Assembly: GCA_019746225.1 (NCBI GenBank)
Contig: JAIESE010000013.1
Span: 106,063-170,062, forward strand
DNA length: 64,000 nucleotides
Source: Alphaproteobacteria bacterium
GTDB lineage: Bacteria; Pseudomonadota; Alphaproteobacteria; Paracaedibacterales; VGCI01
Direction: 5' to 3'
Of the stretch, positions 26,043 to 35,514 are shown piece by piece (the stretch's first letter is position 1; every line of letters starts with the position of its first letter). Under the pieces are notes generated by a model. The model saw nothing but the letters and a program-made list of their open reading frames with translations, did no database searches and was not told the origin of the DNA. The translations under genes and the position numbers were made by a program.

Positions 26043-27410
26043 ATGAGCCTTCTACTTTTCAATACACTGACCAAAACAAAAGAGATTTTTAAACCCATAA
26101 ATCCAGATCAGGTGGGGATGTATGTGTGCGGACCAACCGTCTACGATTTAGCTCACATTGGAAATGCACGACCTGTGGTTGTATTTGATGTGTTAGCCCG
26201 ATTATTGCGCCGGATCTACCCCAACGTTTGTTATGTTCGGAATATTACAGATGTTGATGATAAGATTAATGCGGCCGCAAAGCGACAGGGCATATCAATT
26301 GGGGAATTAACGCAACAAACGACGGCAGCTTATCATCAGGACATGGGAGCTTTGGGAGCATTGCCTCCCGATGTGGAACCTCGGGCAACACACCATATTG
26401 CAGAGATGATAGAGATCATCAAAAATCTTATTGAAAAGGACCATGCCTATGAAGTCGAAGGCCATGTATTGTTTAGTGTCACAAGCTTTTCAGAGTATGG
26501 ACTTCTTTCTCGGCGCAATAAGGATGAGATGCTGGCGGGTGCCCGTGTAGAAGTGGCTCCCTTTAAGCGGGATCCGGGCGATTTCGTTCTCTGGAAGCCC
26601 TCCGATGATCAAACACCCGGGTGGGAAAGTCCTTGGGGCTTTGGGCGTCCCGGTTGGCATATTGAATGTTCGGCAATGAGCAGTCGTTATCTTGGAAACA
26701 CCTTTGATATTCATGGAGGAGGACTCGATTTAATCTTCCCACATCATGAAAATGAAATTGCCCAAAGCCGCTGTGCGCATGAAACGCCCATATTTGCACG
26801 ATATTGGATGCACAATGGTCATTTGACAATTGACGGAAACAAGATGTCAAAGTCCTTAGGCAATATTTTAACAGTTCGAGAGATTCTCGCCCATTACCCA
26901 GGAGAAGTAATTCGCTTTGCTTTGCTCTCTAGCCACTATCGTCAATCCTTAGATTGGACACAAACAGCTATTGAACAAGCGAAGAGCGGGGTCGATCGCC
27001 TTTATACGGCCTTGAAGGCTTGTGAAGGGTTGACGGATAGCACTGAGATCGATTCGAACGTGTTGGAAGCTTTGGAGGACGATTTGAATGTGCCTTTGGC
27101 AATTTCACATTTACATGAGTTAGCTACAGCCATTAACAAAGCAACAGATGACAAAGAACGGTTGCGTCTTGGGAGCCTCTTAAAAGCCAGTGGGAACATT
27201 ATGGGTATCCTTCAGCAAAATCCTGAAACTTGGTTTCAGGGGGGCGAATTAGGAATGACACCTCAAGAGATTGAAGCCCAAATTCAAAGCCGTCGAGAGG
27301 CCAGAACACGCAAAGATTTTGCAGAATCCGATCGCATTCGAGATGCTCTTCTGGCCAGTGGTATTGTGTTGGAAGATGGCCCAGAAGGTACGACCTGGCG
27401 ACGGGAATAA
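26043..27410 (+). CDS. cysS: Cysteine--tRNA ligase
   Basis: CGPTVYDLAHIGNAR, HIECSAM, HHENE and KMSKSLGN motifs. Confidence 0.95.
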   Translation: MSLLLFNTLTKTKEIFKPINPDQVGMYVCGPTVYDLAHIGNARPVVVFDVLARLLRRIYPNVCYVRNITDVDDKINAAAKRQGISIGELTQQTTAAYHQDMGALGALPPDVEPRATHHIAEMIEIIKNLIEKDHAYEVEGHVLFSVTSFSEYGLLSRRNKDEMLAGARVEVAPFKRDPGDFVLWKPSDDQTPGWESPWGFGRPGWHIECSAMSSRYLGNTFDIHGGGLDLIFPHHENEIAQSRCAHETPIFARYWMHNGHLTIDGNKMSKSLGNILTVREILAHYPGEVIRFALLSSHYRQSLDWTQTAIEQAKSGVDRLYTALKACEGLTDSTEIDSNVLEALEDDLNVPLAISHLHELATAINKATDDKERLRLGSLLKASGNIMGILQQNPETWFQGGELGMTPQEIEAQIQSRREARTRKDFAESDRIRDALLASGIVLEDGPEGTTWRRE

Positions 27411-27411
27411 T

Positions 27412-28137
27412 ATGCCTACCCCTTTCGCCCCCACCGTCATTCTCGTTCGCCCCCAACTCCCGGAAAATGGGGGGGCAGTTGCTCGAGTAATGGCAAATTT
27501 TGGCTTGAAAAAGCTTCATTTGGTGGCCCCTCTTTTTTCCCCCCTCGACCCAAAAGCACTTGCGATGGCAGCAGGTGCAGATGACGTTTTAGAAAATGCA
27601 TTGATCTTTGAGTCCCTTGAAGAAGCCATTGCTGATTTGCTTTATGTTTATGGGACATGTGCCGTTGAACGGTTGATGGTCAAAAAATATGTACCCGTTC
27701 GCGAAGCCATGCCAGAAATTGCTGCATCTGACGGGGTAGGCATCGTCTTTGGGCCAGAGCGCACAGGTCTAAACAATGATGAGTTGGCAAAGTTCAGAGC
27801 CATCTTACATGTGCCTGTTGATGAAACCTTTTCTTCGCTTAACTTAGCGCAAAGTGTTGCGATTACAGCCTATGAATGGTTTCAAACCCAAGCCGTGTTT
27901 AAAGGAAAGCTCCACCTTGGCGACACAGTTCCAGCGACCCATAACCAAATCCAAGGGTTTTTGACCGCCTTGGAACAATCGTTGGATGCGGCTCATTTCT
28001 GGCGCATCGACCATAAAAAACCCATCATGTGGCGAAACTTGCAAAACATTTTCACCCGCATGGACTTGACAGAACAAGAAGTGAGAACCCTTCATGGGAT
28101 GATTCAGTCTTTGAAAGCAACCGCCACGACGACTTGA
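27412..28137 (+). CDS. trmJ: SpoU/TrmJ-type tRNA 2'-O-methyltransferase
   Basis: ILVRPQLPENGGAVARVMANFG and FGPERTGL...LNLAQSV motifs. I chose the ATG at 27412, just after the cysS stop. The track start at 27271 overlaps cysS. Confidence 0.8.
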   Translation: MPTPFAPTVILVRPQLPENGGAVARVMANFGLKKLHLVAPLFSPLDPKALAMAAGADDVLENALIFESLEEAIADLLYVYGTCAVERLMVKKYVPVREAMPEIAASDGVGIVFGPERTGLNNDELAKFRAILHVPVDETFSSLNLAQSVAITAYEWFQTQAVFKGKLHLGDTVPATHNQIQGFLTALEQSLDAAHFWRIDHKKPIMWRNLQNIFTRMDLTEQEVRTLHGMIQSLKATATTT

Positions 28138-28233
28138 GAATCGTCTCCAAAATATTTGTTAATAATTTGTTCATAAATACCCCCATAGAATTGAAGATAG
28201 GAATGTTTTGGAATTCTATTAAGGGAGATCGAC

Positions 28234-29073
28234 ATGCGTCATTATGTATATGGTTTATTATTTGCAAGCGCTCTATTTAGTCAAGAAGCTATCTCCATGC
28301 AAGAAGAAAAGATGGCGATTTCTCCGGAGTTGCATAAATTATTAGAGGATATCAAAGGTATCAAACCTGGCGCCGCACTTGATAAGCATCTAGCTGGTAT
28401 CAAAGAATCAAACAGTGACCATTGGAGATCAATGTGTAAGGAAATTACAGATAACCGGTTCATAAAAATATCTCAACCGGCTGTTGGTAATATGAAAGCA
28501 GCTGCATTGGGCAGATGGTGTGATAACTATCAAGTTGTTCAGGTGATGAAAAAATCTGTTCAAGGAGCAAAAGTCGCAGCAGCTGTAGCAGAAATGCCTA
28601 AATTGAGGCCAGTTCAATTAAAGCAAGGCGCCAAGGGCTTTGAGGCGAAAGAACAGCAGCTCAAAGAAAATCAAAAAGAAGCCGATGAGCGTGTTCGACA
28701 AATGGCTCAGGAAAAAGATGTGCGAATGCAAGAGCGCGCACGAGAGTATGAGAAAAGGATTTTACTCGTAAGAAAAGATATAGAAGAAGCAAGAGAGTCT
28801 TATGACAATTTAAGTGCTGCAATGAATGGTTTGCGCGAAGATTTTCAACAAGTTGCTATGCTGAAGCAGTTTAATAACGAGCACAAGCATGACACCGCAG
28901 AAGAATTTTTGAATGCATACGACGCCTATGTTAAAGCCACGCCTAATATTAGAAATTATGTACAAGGACTTGATCAAGTAGATGCAGCACGCATAAAGTT
29001 AAAAGAAGCCTTAACAGCTCAGGAGCGTGGTGAGGAAGTTATAGCGGCTCTCATAAAAGAGATGAATCAATAG
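28234..29073 (+). CDS. Secreted coiled-coil protein (hypothetical)
   Basis: Signal peptide and long charged heptad-like regions. AT-rich. No family recognised. Confidence 0.5.
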   Translation: MRHYVYGLLFASALFSQEAISMQEEKMAISPELHKLLEDIKGIKPGAALDKHLAGIKESNSDHWRSMCKEITDNRFIKISQPAVGNMKAAALGRWCDNYQVVQVMKKSVQGAKVAAAVAEMPKLRPVQLKQGAKGFEAKEQQLKENQKEADERVRQMAQEKDVRMQERAREYEKRILLVRKDIEEARESYDNLSAAMNGLREDFQQVAMLKQFNNEHKHDTAEEFLNAYDAYVKATPNIRNYVQGLDQVDAARIKLKEALTAQERGEEVIAALIKEMNQ

Positions 29074-29122
29074 TCCAAATATCGGGAATTTTGCTCTAGA
29101 TTCTATGTATTTAAAAACGAGC

Positions 29123-29149
29123 AAGGAGGGATTTATTCCCTCCTTTTTA
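29123..29149. terminator. Bidirectional rho-independent terminator
   Basis: AAGGAGGGA-TTTAT-TCCCTCCTT followed by TTT. It lies between convergent genes ending at 29073 and 29157. Confidence 0.65.
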
Positions 29150-29156
29150 TGAAAGA

Positions 29157-29978
29157 TCAGAACCCTTCCGGCCACTGTTCCTTGAGACGCGCGCCCACAC
29201 AAATGGGATGGATGGATTTGGCAAGGCCTGTGGCGTCATCGGTTTCCACAAAAACGCCACATAATGTCCCTGGACCTTGGGCGGGTTGCATACGATCCGT
29301 TGGCATTTTTCGGGTGAACTTGAGAATAGGAACGGTTTTTTCCATACCCACAACGGAATTATAATCTCCACACATGCCTGCATCCGTTTGGTAAGCTGTC
29401 CCACCCGGCAGGATTTGCATATCCGATGTTGGTACATGGGTGTGGGAGCCAACAACCAGGCTGACGCGACCATCACAAAAGTGACCCATGGCCATCTTTT
29501 CGGAAGTCGCTTCACCATGAAAATCAAGAATGGTTGCGCCAATGGATCCACCGCCTAAGGGATATTTCTTCAAAATAGCATCCACGGCAGGAAAAGGGTC
29601 ATCCAAAGTTTCCATGAACAGACGCGCCATAGCATTGATAACCAGGACGTCTTTTCCTTTGCGATTTGGGATAATGGTAAATCCACGCCCCGGTGAGGTA
29701 GCAGGATAGTTGATGGGCCGCAGTAAGTGTTTATCTTGGTCAATGTAGCTGATCATTTCCTTTTGATCCCACACGTGATTACCCGTGGTGATCACATCAA
29801 CCCCAATTTTGTATAAATCATGACAGATACCTTTTGTAAGCCCAAAGCCATGGGCTGCATTTTCTGCATTAATAATGACAAAATCAATGTTTAGATCTTT
29901 GACAATTTGGGGGGTGCGCTCGACGACAATATCCCGTCCAGATCGGCCAACGATATCTCCGCAAAATAATATTCTCAT
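29157..29978 (-). CDS. YmdB-like metallophosphoesterase (TIGR00282 family)
   Basis: MRILFCGDIVGRSGR, NAENAAHGFG and GNHVWD motifs. Confidence 0.85.
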   Translation of the reverse strand: MRILFCGDIVGRSGRDIVVERTPQIVKDLNIDFVIINAENAAHGFGLTKGICHDLYKIGVDVITTGNHVWDQKEMISYIDQDKHLLRPINYPATSPGRGFTIIPNRKGKDVLVINAMARLFMETLDDPFPAVDAILKKYPLGGGSIGATILDFHGEATSEKMAMGHFCDGRVSLVVGSHTHVPTSDMQILPGGTAYQTDAGMCGDYNSVVGMEKTVPILKFTRKMPTDRMQPAQGPGTLCGVFVETDDATGLAKSIHPICVGARLKEQWPEGF

Positions 29979-30565
29979 GTGTTAATCTCGATCACTCGCG
30001 TAGGGGTGATAATATAATTCATCGGCTCGTCATATTCATGACAGGGGATAGATTCTACTTCCTGACAGTCGTAGGCAATACCGATCGCGATGATGTTGTT
30101 ATTTTTGCGTAAACTTTCGAGGGTACGGTCATAGTATCCCTCTCCATGACCAAGACGGTGGCCCTTTGTGTCAAAGCCCAGAATCGGTACAAACAATACG
30201 GTCGGTGTGACGACTTTTGCCCCTTCGTCAGGTGTTAAGATATTATAGAGCCCCGATACCAGTAAATTACCCGGGCGCCATTCGCGAAACACTAATGGTT
30301 GTTTAGAAGTTTGCACGACAGGCAGCGCGCAGACATGCCCGTGCTCATAGAAATAGGTTAACAGAGGCCGCACATCCGCCTCTGACTTGACGGGCCAATA
30401 ACTCGCCACGATGGCCCCGGTTGGAATAATCTCAGCGGATAGCACTTTATTCAGCAATGCCTGACCAGTAGCTTTTAAGTCATTCGATTTGGTGTACTGA
30501 TCCCGTCGCTGAAGCAACTCCGTGCGTAATTGTAATTTGAAAGTGTCTGTCATGGAGGTATTCAT
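29975..30565 (-). CDS. 5-formyltetrahydrofolate cyclo-ligase
   Basis: LFVPILGFD..GHRLGHGEGYYDR signature. ~196 aa. Confidence 0.85.
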   Translation of the reverse strand: MNTSMTDTFKLQLRTELLQRRDQYTKSNDLKATGQALLNKVLSAEIIPTGAIVASYWPVKSEADVRPLLTYFYEHGHVCALPVVQTSKQPLVFREWRPGNLLVSGLYNILTPDEGAKVVTPTVLFVPILGFDTKGHRLGHGEGYYDRTLESLRKNNNIIAIGIAYDCQEVESIPCHEYDEPMNYIITPTRVIEINT

Positions 30566-30626
30566 AGACGAATTTGTCGAAAAAGGGAAGACAATACAGC
30601 TTAAAGATAACTTCTAACTAAGATCT

Positions 30627-30875
30627 CTAATGGTGATGATGGTGGTGATGCCCCCAGCCGTATCCATAGTTATGATACCCATAATAAGGGTAATAAAGAG
30701 GATAGGGGTCATAGAATTCGTAAGAATAGTAACTCGGATGGTATGGATAGGTATCATAATAATAGAGCGAATGATAACGTGGATATCCTGAGGAAACGTA
30801 AGCTGTTTCACATCCGCCTAAACTTAGGCAAGGGATAGCTAAAAGAAGAAAAGAGGTTGTCAAGCGCCTCTTCAT
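30627..30875 (-). CDS. Tyr/Pro/His-rich mini-lipoprotein ending in seven histidines
   Basis: Lipobox LSLGGC. The mature part is roughly one-third Tyr. C-terminal GHHHHHHH. ATGA overlap with the upstream paralogue. Confidence 0.55.
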   Translation of the reverse strand: MKRRLTTSFLLLAIPCLSLGGCETAYVSSGYPRYHSLYYYDTYPYHPSYYSYEFYDPYPLYYPYYGYHNYGYGWGHHHHHHH

Positions 30876-31078
30876 TCTCTGGCTCTCGCTTCGTAATGAT
30901 AATAGTGATGATCATAAAATTCCGGTGAGTTTTTTGGCATATAAATAACAGCATCGTAATCGGGCGCTATATTGTCCGAATGATGGTAATGAGAGAATTC
31001 GGGCGATTGACATCCTCCCAAACTTACCAATCCCAGCAATGCCAAAAGGACATTTTTCTTATTTTGTAATATAGTCAT
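30872..31078 (-). CDS. Tyr/His-rich mini-lipoprotein (paralogue of 30627..30875)
   Basis: Lipobox VSLGGC. The HYHH and DHHYYHY clusters. Confidence 0.5.
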   Translation of the reverse strand: MTILQNKKNVLLALLGLVSLGGCQSPEFSHYHHSDNIAPDYDAVIYMPKNSPEFYDHHYYHYEARARE

Positions 31079-31355
31079 CTCTTTGCCTCCTCCCCATATT
31101 AGAGCCCATTATTCTTTAAGATCGGGTTAAGAGAGAGTTGTATATTTGTTAAAGTTCTCTTAAGGGCTATTGACGAAAAGCGTGCTTTTTCTAGAAAGGG
31201 TTTCAATTTATTAGGAGTCCTCCCTTTAAAAATGGGAGGAGCATGCCTCTAATGATAAGCCTTTTTGATTGAAGTAAAATATTCATAAATCAGTAATTTC
31301 TATATAGTATAATGTATTTACAATGCATCTAATTGTCTTTTGAGGTGGTTTTAAA

Positions 31356-32111
31356 ATGAACAATATTTCTTTTATTTTCATCAATATGTCTTTGAGCTTA
31401 GCTTTGATTTATGGAGCTATTGCTTCAGAGAATTCAACGATGATGCCGTCAACTCCGGCTCAAGATATTGCAGCCCCTAATCTAGGTGATAATACGCAAA
31501 CCTCTGGGGAACCTGGGAATAAAAAATTAGCCAAACAAGGGGATGATTTTCAAACAGTCTTGAATCAATCATTTAGAGCAAGTCGGATCAAGAGTTTAAA
31601 AGAAAAAACAAATCCAATGTTAACAGACATTGAGACAGCCCCAGATTTGCCGCAAGTTAATTTTTTCAATAATTCGAAGAGCTTCTTAACGAACATGAAG
31701 AAAGTAGGTGCAAACCCCTATGTCGCTTTGAGCAAACTTGCCTTTATGGATCAGGATAAATCCAAACAATGGGTTCAAATCGGGAATGGCAAGTATATTT
31801 TACCTCTTGGAACTCAAGTTTGGACAAATGCAGTTACGCCTCCTGAAGTTATACAACATCCCAACGATAAGAATTTGTGGGTGGTGAATACGGAACCTAG
31901 CGGTCCTTACCTACGGTCACCTGGACCCATTCTTTTAAGGCTACCTAAGACTTATAAAGTTTTGCAATTGAAAGAAGATGATCATGAAGGCACTGGACAA
32001 CCCTGCATGGCAACAACAGAAATAAATGACTTTAGCATATACTCTAAAAAGGGAATATGTATGTCTATCCCTAGTCAAAAGTTCTTAAAAGATTTTGATT
32101 TAATTGATTGA
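31356..32111 (+). CDS. Secreted hypothetical protein
   Basis: Signal peptide. AT-rich. No family recognised. Confidence 0.5.
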   Translation: MNNISFIFINMSLSLALIYGAIASENSTMMPSTPAQDIAAPNLGDNTQTSGEPGNKKLAKQGDDFQTVLNQSFRASRIKSLKEKTNPMLTDIETAPDLPQVNFFNNSKSFLTNMKKVGANPYVALSKLAFMDQDKSKQWVQIGNGKYILPLGTQVWTNAVTPPEVIQHPNDKNLWVVNTEPSGPYLRSPGPILLRLPKTYKVLQLKEDDHEGTGQPCMATTEINDFSIYSKKGICMSIPSQKFLKDFDLID

Positions 32112-32123
32112 GGATGGGCTGCT

Positions 32124-32160
32124 GTTCTGTGGTGATGTAAATGAATTCATCACAACGAAC
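32124..32160. terminator. Imperfect hairpin between convergent genes
   Basis: GTTCTGTGGTGATG pairs with CATCACAACGAAC around a 10-nt loop. No T-tract. Confidence 0.35.
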
Positions 32161-32162
32161 AT

Positions 32163-33353
32163 CTAATTCTCAATCTTAAGCCATTTGATGAAGCGGGCGG
32201 CAAGACCTCCTTGCACGAGGAAGGAAATGAGCACAACAAAGAAGACGAGATTGAAGATGGTATTGGCCTTAGGAATGCCCATCACCATAGGGAAGGTGGC
32301 AAGCACAATGGGAACGGCGCCTCGTAATCCGAGCCAGGAGACCAAGAATTTATCCTTACCGGAATAGCCGGAGAATGCCAAGGATACGAAAACACTAACG
32401 GGTCTTGCAAAAAAGATAAGGAAGAAGGGTAAGAGCAAATCAAGGTTGAAGATTTCATGCAGTTGTTTTGGAAAGACCAGCAATCCAAGGACCAAAAACA
32501 TGCTGATTTCACAAAGCCATGTTAAGGCGGCGTGAAATTTCTTGATGTTATATTTGTGATGAAAGTCATGTTGATACAAAACAATTCCCAGAAGGTAAGT
32601 TGCCAGGAATCCACTTCCCCCGATCGCGGAAGTTGCACCATAAGTGAACAGCACGAGCGAAATGGTGAACACAGGGTATAGCTCTCGATATTCAAGCTTC
32701 ATTTTTCGAAAGAGATGAACCGCAATCTTACCGACCAAAATACCAACAACAATGCCTCCCAGAACTTGGGTCAAAAACATTGTTGATAAACCGAATACCG
32801 TATAGCTTGGATCTTTCATCATGTTCAAGATGATAAAGACGAGAAGAATCGCCATAGGGTCATTGCTGCCGGATTCGAACTCGACGAGCATACGCAAATT
32901 TCGCTTTACCAAAAAATACCGAGAGCGGAAGAGGGAGAAAATAGCCGCCGCATCTGTGGCTGAAACAATGGCGCCTAAGAGAAACCCTTCCATGAGCGTG
33001 AAATCCAGAAGCGAATAGGCAAAAATAGCAACGAGGCCTGTTGAAATAAGGACCCCAAGAGTTGAAAGGGCAAGCCCTGACCAAAAGATGGGTTTGACGA
33101 GTTTCCAAGGTGTATCAAGTCCCCCAGAAAACAGAGAAAAAGATAAAGCTATGATCCCAATGTCTTTGGCGAGTTCAACATTGTCGAAGTAAATTCCACC
33201 GATACCATCGGAACCAGCAAGCATACCCGTAATCAGGAAAAGCAAAGGTGCTGGGACTTTGAGTCGTTTGGACAAGTCACTGGCAAGAATGGCGAGCAAC
33301 AACAGGAGAGAGATAATCAGAACCCATCCATCAAGGCTATAGTTAGAATGCAT
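32163..33353 (-). CDS. Cation:proton antiporter (CPA1 / NhaP-like), membrane domain only
   Basis: About 11 TM helices and FESGSNDPMAILL, a motif typical of Na+/H+ exchangers. Confidence 0.85.
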   Translation of the reverse strand: MHSNYSLDGWVLIISLLLLLAILASDLSKRLKVPAPLLFLITGMLAGSDGIGGIYFDNVELAKDIGIIALSFSLFSGGLDTPWKLVKPIFWSGLALSTLGVLISTGLVAIFAYSLLDFTLMEGFLLGAIVSATDAAAIFSLFRSRYFLVKRNLRMLVEFESGSNDPMAILLVFIILNMMKDPSYTVFGLSTMFLTQVLGGIVVGILVGKIAVHLFRKMKLEYRELYPVFTISLVLFTYGATSAIGGSGFLATYLLGIVLYQHDFHHKYNIKKFHAALTWLCEISMFLVLGLLVFPKQLHEIFNLDLLLPFFLIFFARPVSVFVSLAFSGYSGKDKFLVSWLGLRGAVPIVLATFPMVMGIPKANTIFNLVFFVVLISFLVQGGLAARFIKWLKIEN

Positions 33354-33473
33354 TCGGGTATAAAATCCTCCTGTATTTTTTGCTCTTGAGCGACTTTATG
33401 CGGAATACTTCCCCACAATCAAGCCTGAAATTTGAAAATATGATGTTTCTTTGAAGATTGATTTTCTTTGAGA

Positions 33474-33845
33474 TTAAGGTGTACTTGTTGCTATTTGAAA
33501 GGCCTCGTTTATTTTCAGACAAACTTGATGATGCTGATCGGGCTTAGGGCTCCAGATCAGCTCGACCGAGTTGGGTGTTACTTTCAAAATGCGGAATATA
33601 GAGGAGGTTTCACCCGCTTTGAGGACGCGACCGTTCAGCCATATGGTCCAAGAAGTCGGATTTGTGTAAATAATACCATCCAGCCGGACTTGTGTTGCCC
33701 CTTTGATCTGACCTCTATTTTGAGCTTGCTCAAGGGCTGTTTTTATTGCTTCTTCTTCTGTAGAACTGAGCATGAGGCATAAATCGGAGGCCTGAGCTGA
33801 ACAGATCATTAGACAAAATAGAAGTCTCTTCATCGGTGAATCCAT
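33474..33845 (-). CDS. Small periplasmic protein, last gene of the GspE/F operon (PilP/MshK-like by position only)
   Basis: Signal peptide. 123 aa. Overlaps the upstream gene by 16 nt. No sequence motif recognised. Confidence 0.35.
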   Translation of the reverse strand: MDSPMKRLLFCLMICSAQASDLCLMLSSTEEEAIKTALEQAQNRGQIKGATQVRLDGIIYTNPTSWTIWLNGRVLKAGETSSIFRILKVTPNSVELIWSPKPDQHHQVCLKINEAFQIATSTP

Positions 33846-34396
33846 GTGGCTGTTATCTTTCCATCAAATAGCGCTTGAGGCTTTCCAGAAGCAATTTTTT
33901 CCAACATTTCTTCATTTAAAGAGCTGACTCGATGGATGGTTACGGTGTGAATTTGAAAGAGACCGGGGCCCTTTTCCATCAATTGCTCGAGTAGGGTAAA
34001 CACGTTGGTGTCCTGCAAACAGGGTATGGATATAGAGACCTCTTGGTAAACCAGATTTTTGTTCGTTGATTCTTGATCTTGGGAGGAAACAGATCCAAAG
34101 GTGATGGGGTGAGCAATCTCTTTTTGAAGGTCTTCCTGGGTAATAGGGTGATCAAATTTGCAACTCTCAAATTTCTCAAAATCACTGGCATAAGATTTTA
34201 TTAACATCTCGGCCTCTTGAGAGCGAAGGGATGATTGAGTCAAGGTCAACAACCGATGCTTGAGGAGCTCAATTTGGTGGTGAAGATTGTATGCATGAAT
34301 GCCCAGAGCAAACAGGAGCATGAGAGAAAAACCAAAGATGCCGAGGCTAAAGCCCGGGAGGAATTTTATCTTTATCAGGAGGGATTTTACCATCAA
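33830..34396 (-). CDS. Bitopic membrane protein (GspM/PilO/MshJ-like by architecture)
   Basis: N-terminal TM helix followed by a coiled coil and a periplasmic domain. 188 aa. 4-nt overlap with the upstream gene. Confidence 0.4.
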   Translation of the reverse strand: MMVKSLLIKIKFLPGFSLGIFGFSLMLLFALGIHAYNLHHQIELLKHRLLTLTQSSLRSQEAEMLIKSYASDFEKFESCKFDHPITQEDLQKEIAHPITFGSVSSQDQESTNKNLVYQEVSISIPCLQDTNVFTLLEQLMEKGPGLFQIHTVTIHRVSSLNEEMLEKIASGKPQALFDGKITATWIHR

Positions 34397-35514
34397 CTTT
34401 CCTCCTGATTGGGTACTTGCTTGTCAATTGTCAAAGTACCTCTTAACCCGTCATTTTCTGCTTGTTTCCAGGTTAAAGTGTGGTTCGGTAGTTCGGATCT
34501 GATGGTTAAGAGAAGCGGTTCGATTTGTGTAGTGGGGTGTAGTTCCAGATGAAGTATGAGGCTTTCAGGGTGACGCGCCCACTGAAGATGGGTGGCAACA
34601 GCAGCATCTCTCAAAATCGGCATCAACTGCCGTAAGAGGGGAAGGATATTGGGGCGATCTTTTGTCAAATGATGAAAGGCCGCCAAAGTTTCGACTCTCT
34701 TTTCATCAATATGATTAGAGGCTGGAAGCTGGCTGATTTGGGTAATGAGAGCGCGCTCTAACTCGTTTGTAGATTTTATTTTCAAACTAAAATAGCCGAT
34801 GCCAATCGTGTTCAGAAATGCAATCGCATAGGCGGCGACCTTGATCTGTCGAGGCCAAGAATAGAGGCGTCGTGCATTCTTTAGTTCTGGAATGGAAAGC
34901 ACAATTCCCGCATAAACAAGGTCGTTTGGAATGCGAATTTCAGCATTCATGAAGAGCGGCAAGGGGTCCGGAAAAAGAGAAGACTTCAGGAGGGTTATCG
35001 GCATTTCTTCCTGATACCCAAAACGCTTTAGGTATCGCAAGATCGCAGGCAATTCGTTGGCCAATGGTTGATAGCAAGGACGGCTTAAACGCAATATACC
35101 ATCCTCGCAAATTAAAAGGTGATGATTGTGCCATATCATCGTCCATCCCGGATCGAAGGGCCCATAGGATTTGGTGATCAAATCTGTCCATAAATAGGCA
35201 CCTTTCACAGGTATGGAATGGTCAGAAATTACTTTGAGGATCGATCTCATAAAAGGAGTGGGAAGAATGCCCCCAATAAATGTTTCTCCTTTTGGAAGAT
35301 GCCTTTCTCCTACCCAATATTCAATTGAGTACTCAGCGGAGATGACAAACGGAACAGCTTTCTTGATGGGACAAAAATAATAAAGAGCATCATGGGACTT
35401 AATGACTAAGGTAATTTCACTCTTTGGGGGGAGTCTTTTAAGATAGGCAGGGAGATTCGAGATTTCATGGTCATTTTCTAATATTTGATTTTCTTCCAGT
35501 GTCAGAATGATCAT
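34393..35514 (-). CDS. Bitopic protein with a ~235-aa cytoplasmic domain, one TM helix and a ~115-aa periplasmic domain (GspL/MshI-like by architecture)
   Basis: The ATG at 35514 forms an ATGA overlap with the GspF stop; the track start at 35613 would overlap by 100 nt. TM helix VAAYAIAFLNTIGIGYFSL. Confidence 0.4.
   Translation of the reverse strand: MIILTLEENQILENDHEISNLPAYLKRLPPKSEITLVIKSHDALYYFCPIKKAVPFVISAEYSIEYWVGERHLPKGETFIGGILPTPFMRSILKVISDHSIPVKGAYLWTDLITKSYGPFDPGWTMIWHNHHLLICEDGILRLSRPCYQPLANELPAILRYLKRFGYQEEMPITLLKSSLFPDPLPLFMNAEIRIPNDLVYAGIVLSIPELKNARRLYSWPRQIKVAAYAIAFLNTIGIGYFSLKIKSTNELERALITQISQLPASNHIDEKRVETLAAFHHLTKDRPNILPLLRQLMPILRDAAVATHLQWARHPESLILHLELHPTTQIEPLLLTIRSELPNHTLTWKQAENDGLRGTLTIDKQVPNQEES

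Noticed and set aside
31213-31240. The hairpin GTCCTCCC-TTTAAAAAT-GGGAGGAGC in the divergent spacer between the mini-lipoprotein and the 31356 gene
   Set aside because: It lies between two divergent gene starts and has no T-tract, so it is not a terminator. It could be a 5' UTR structure or an operator, but I have no supporting evidence.
30566-31355. A possible 6S RNA (ssrS) upstream of the 5-formyl-THF cyclo-ligase gene, a linkage known from other proteobacteria
   Set aside because: The gap next to the gene is only ~60 nt. The adjacent sequence encodes two ORFs with lipoboxes. I could not recognise the 6S closing stem and central bubble by eye in 31079-31355. A covariance-model scan (Rfam 6S) would be needed.
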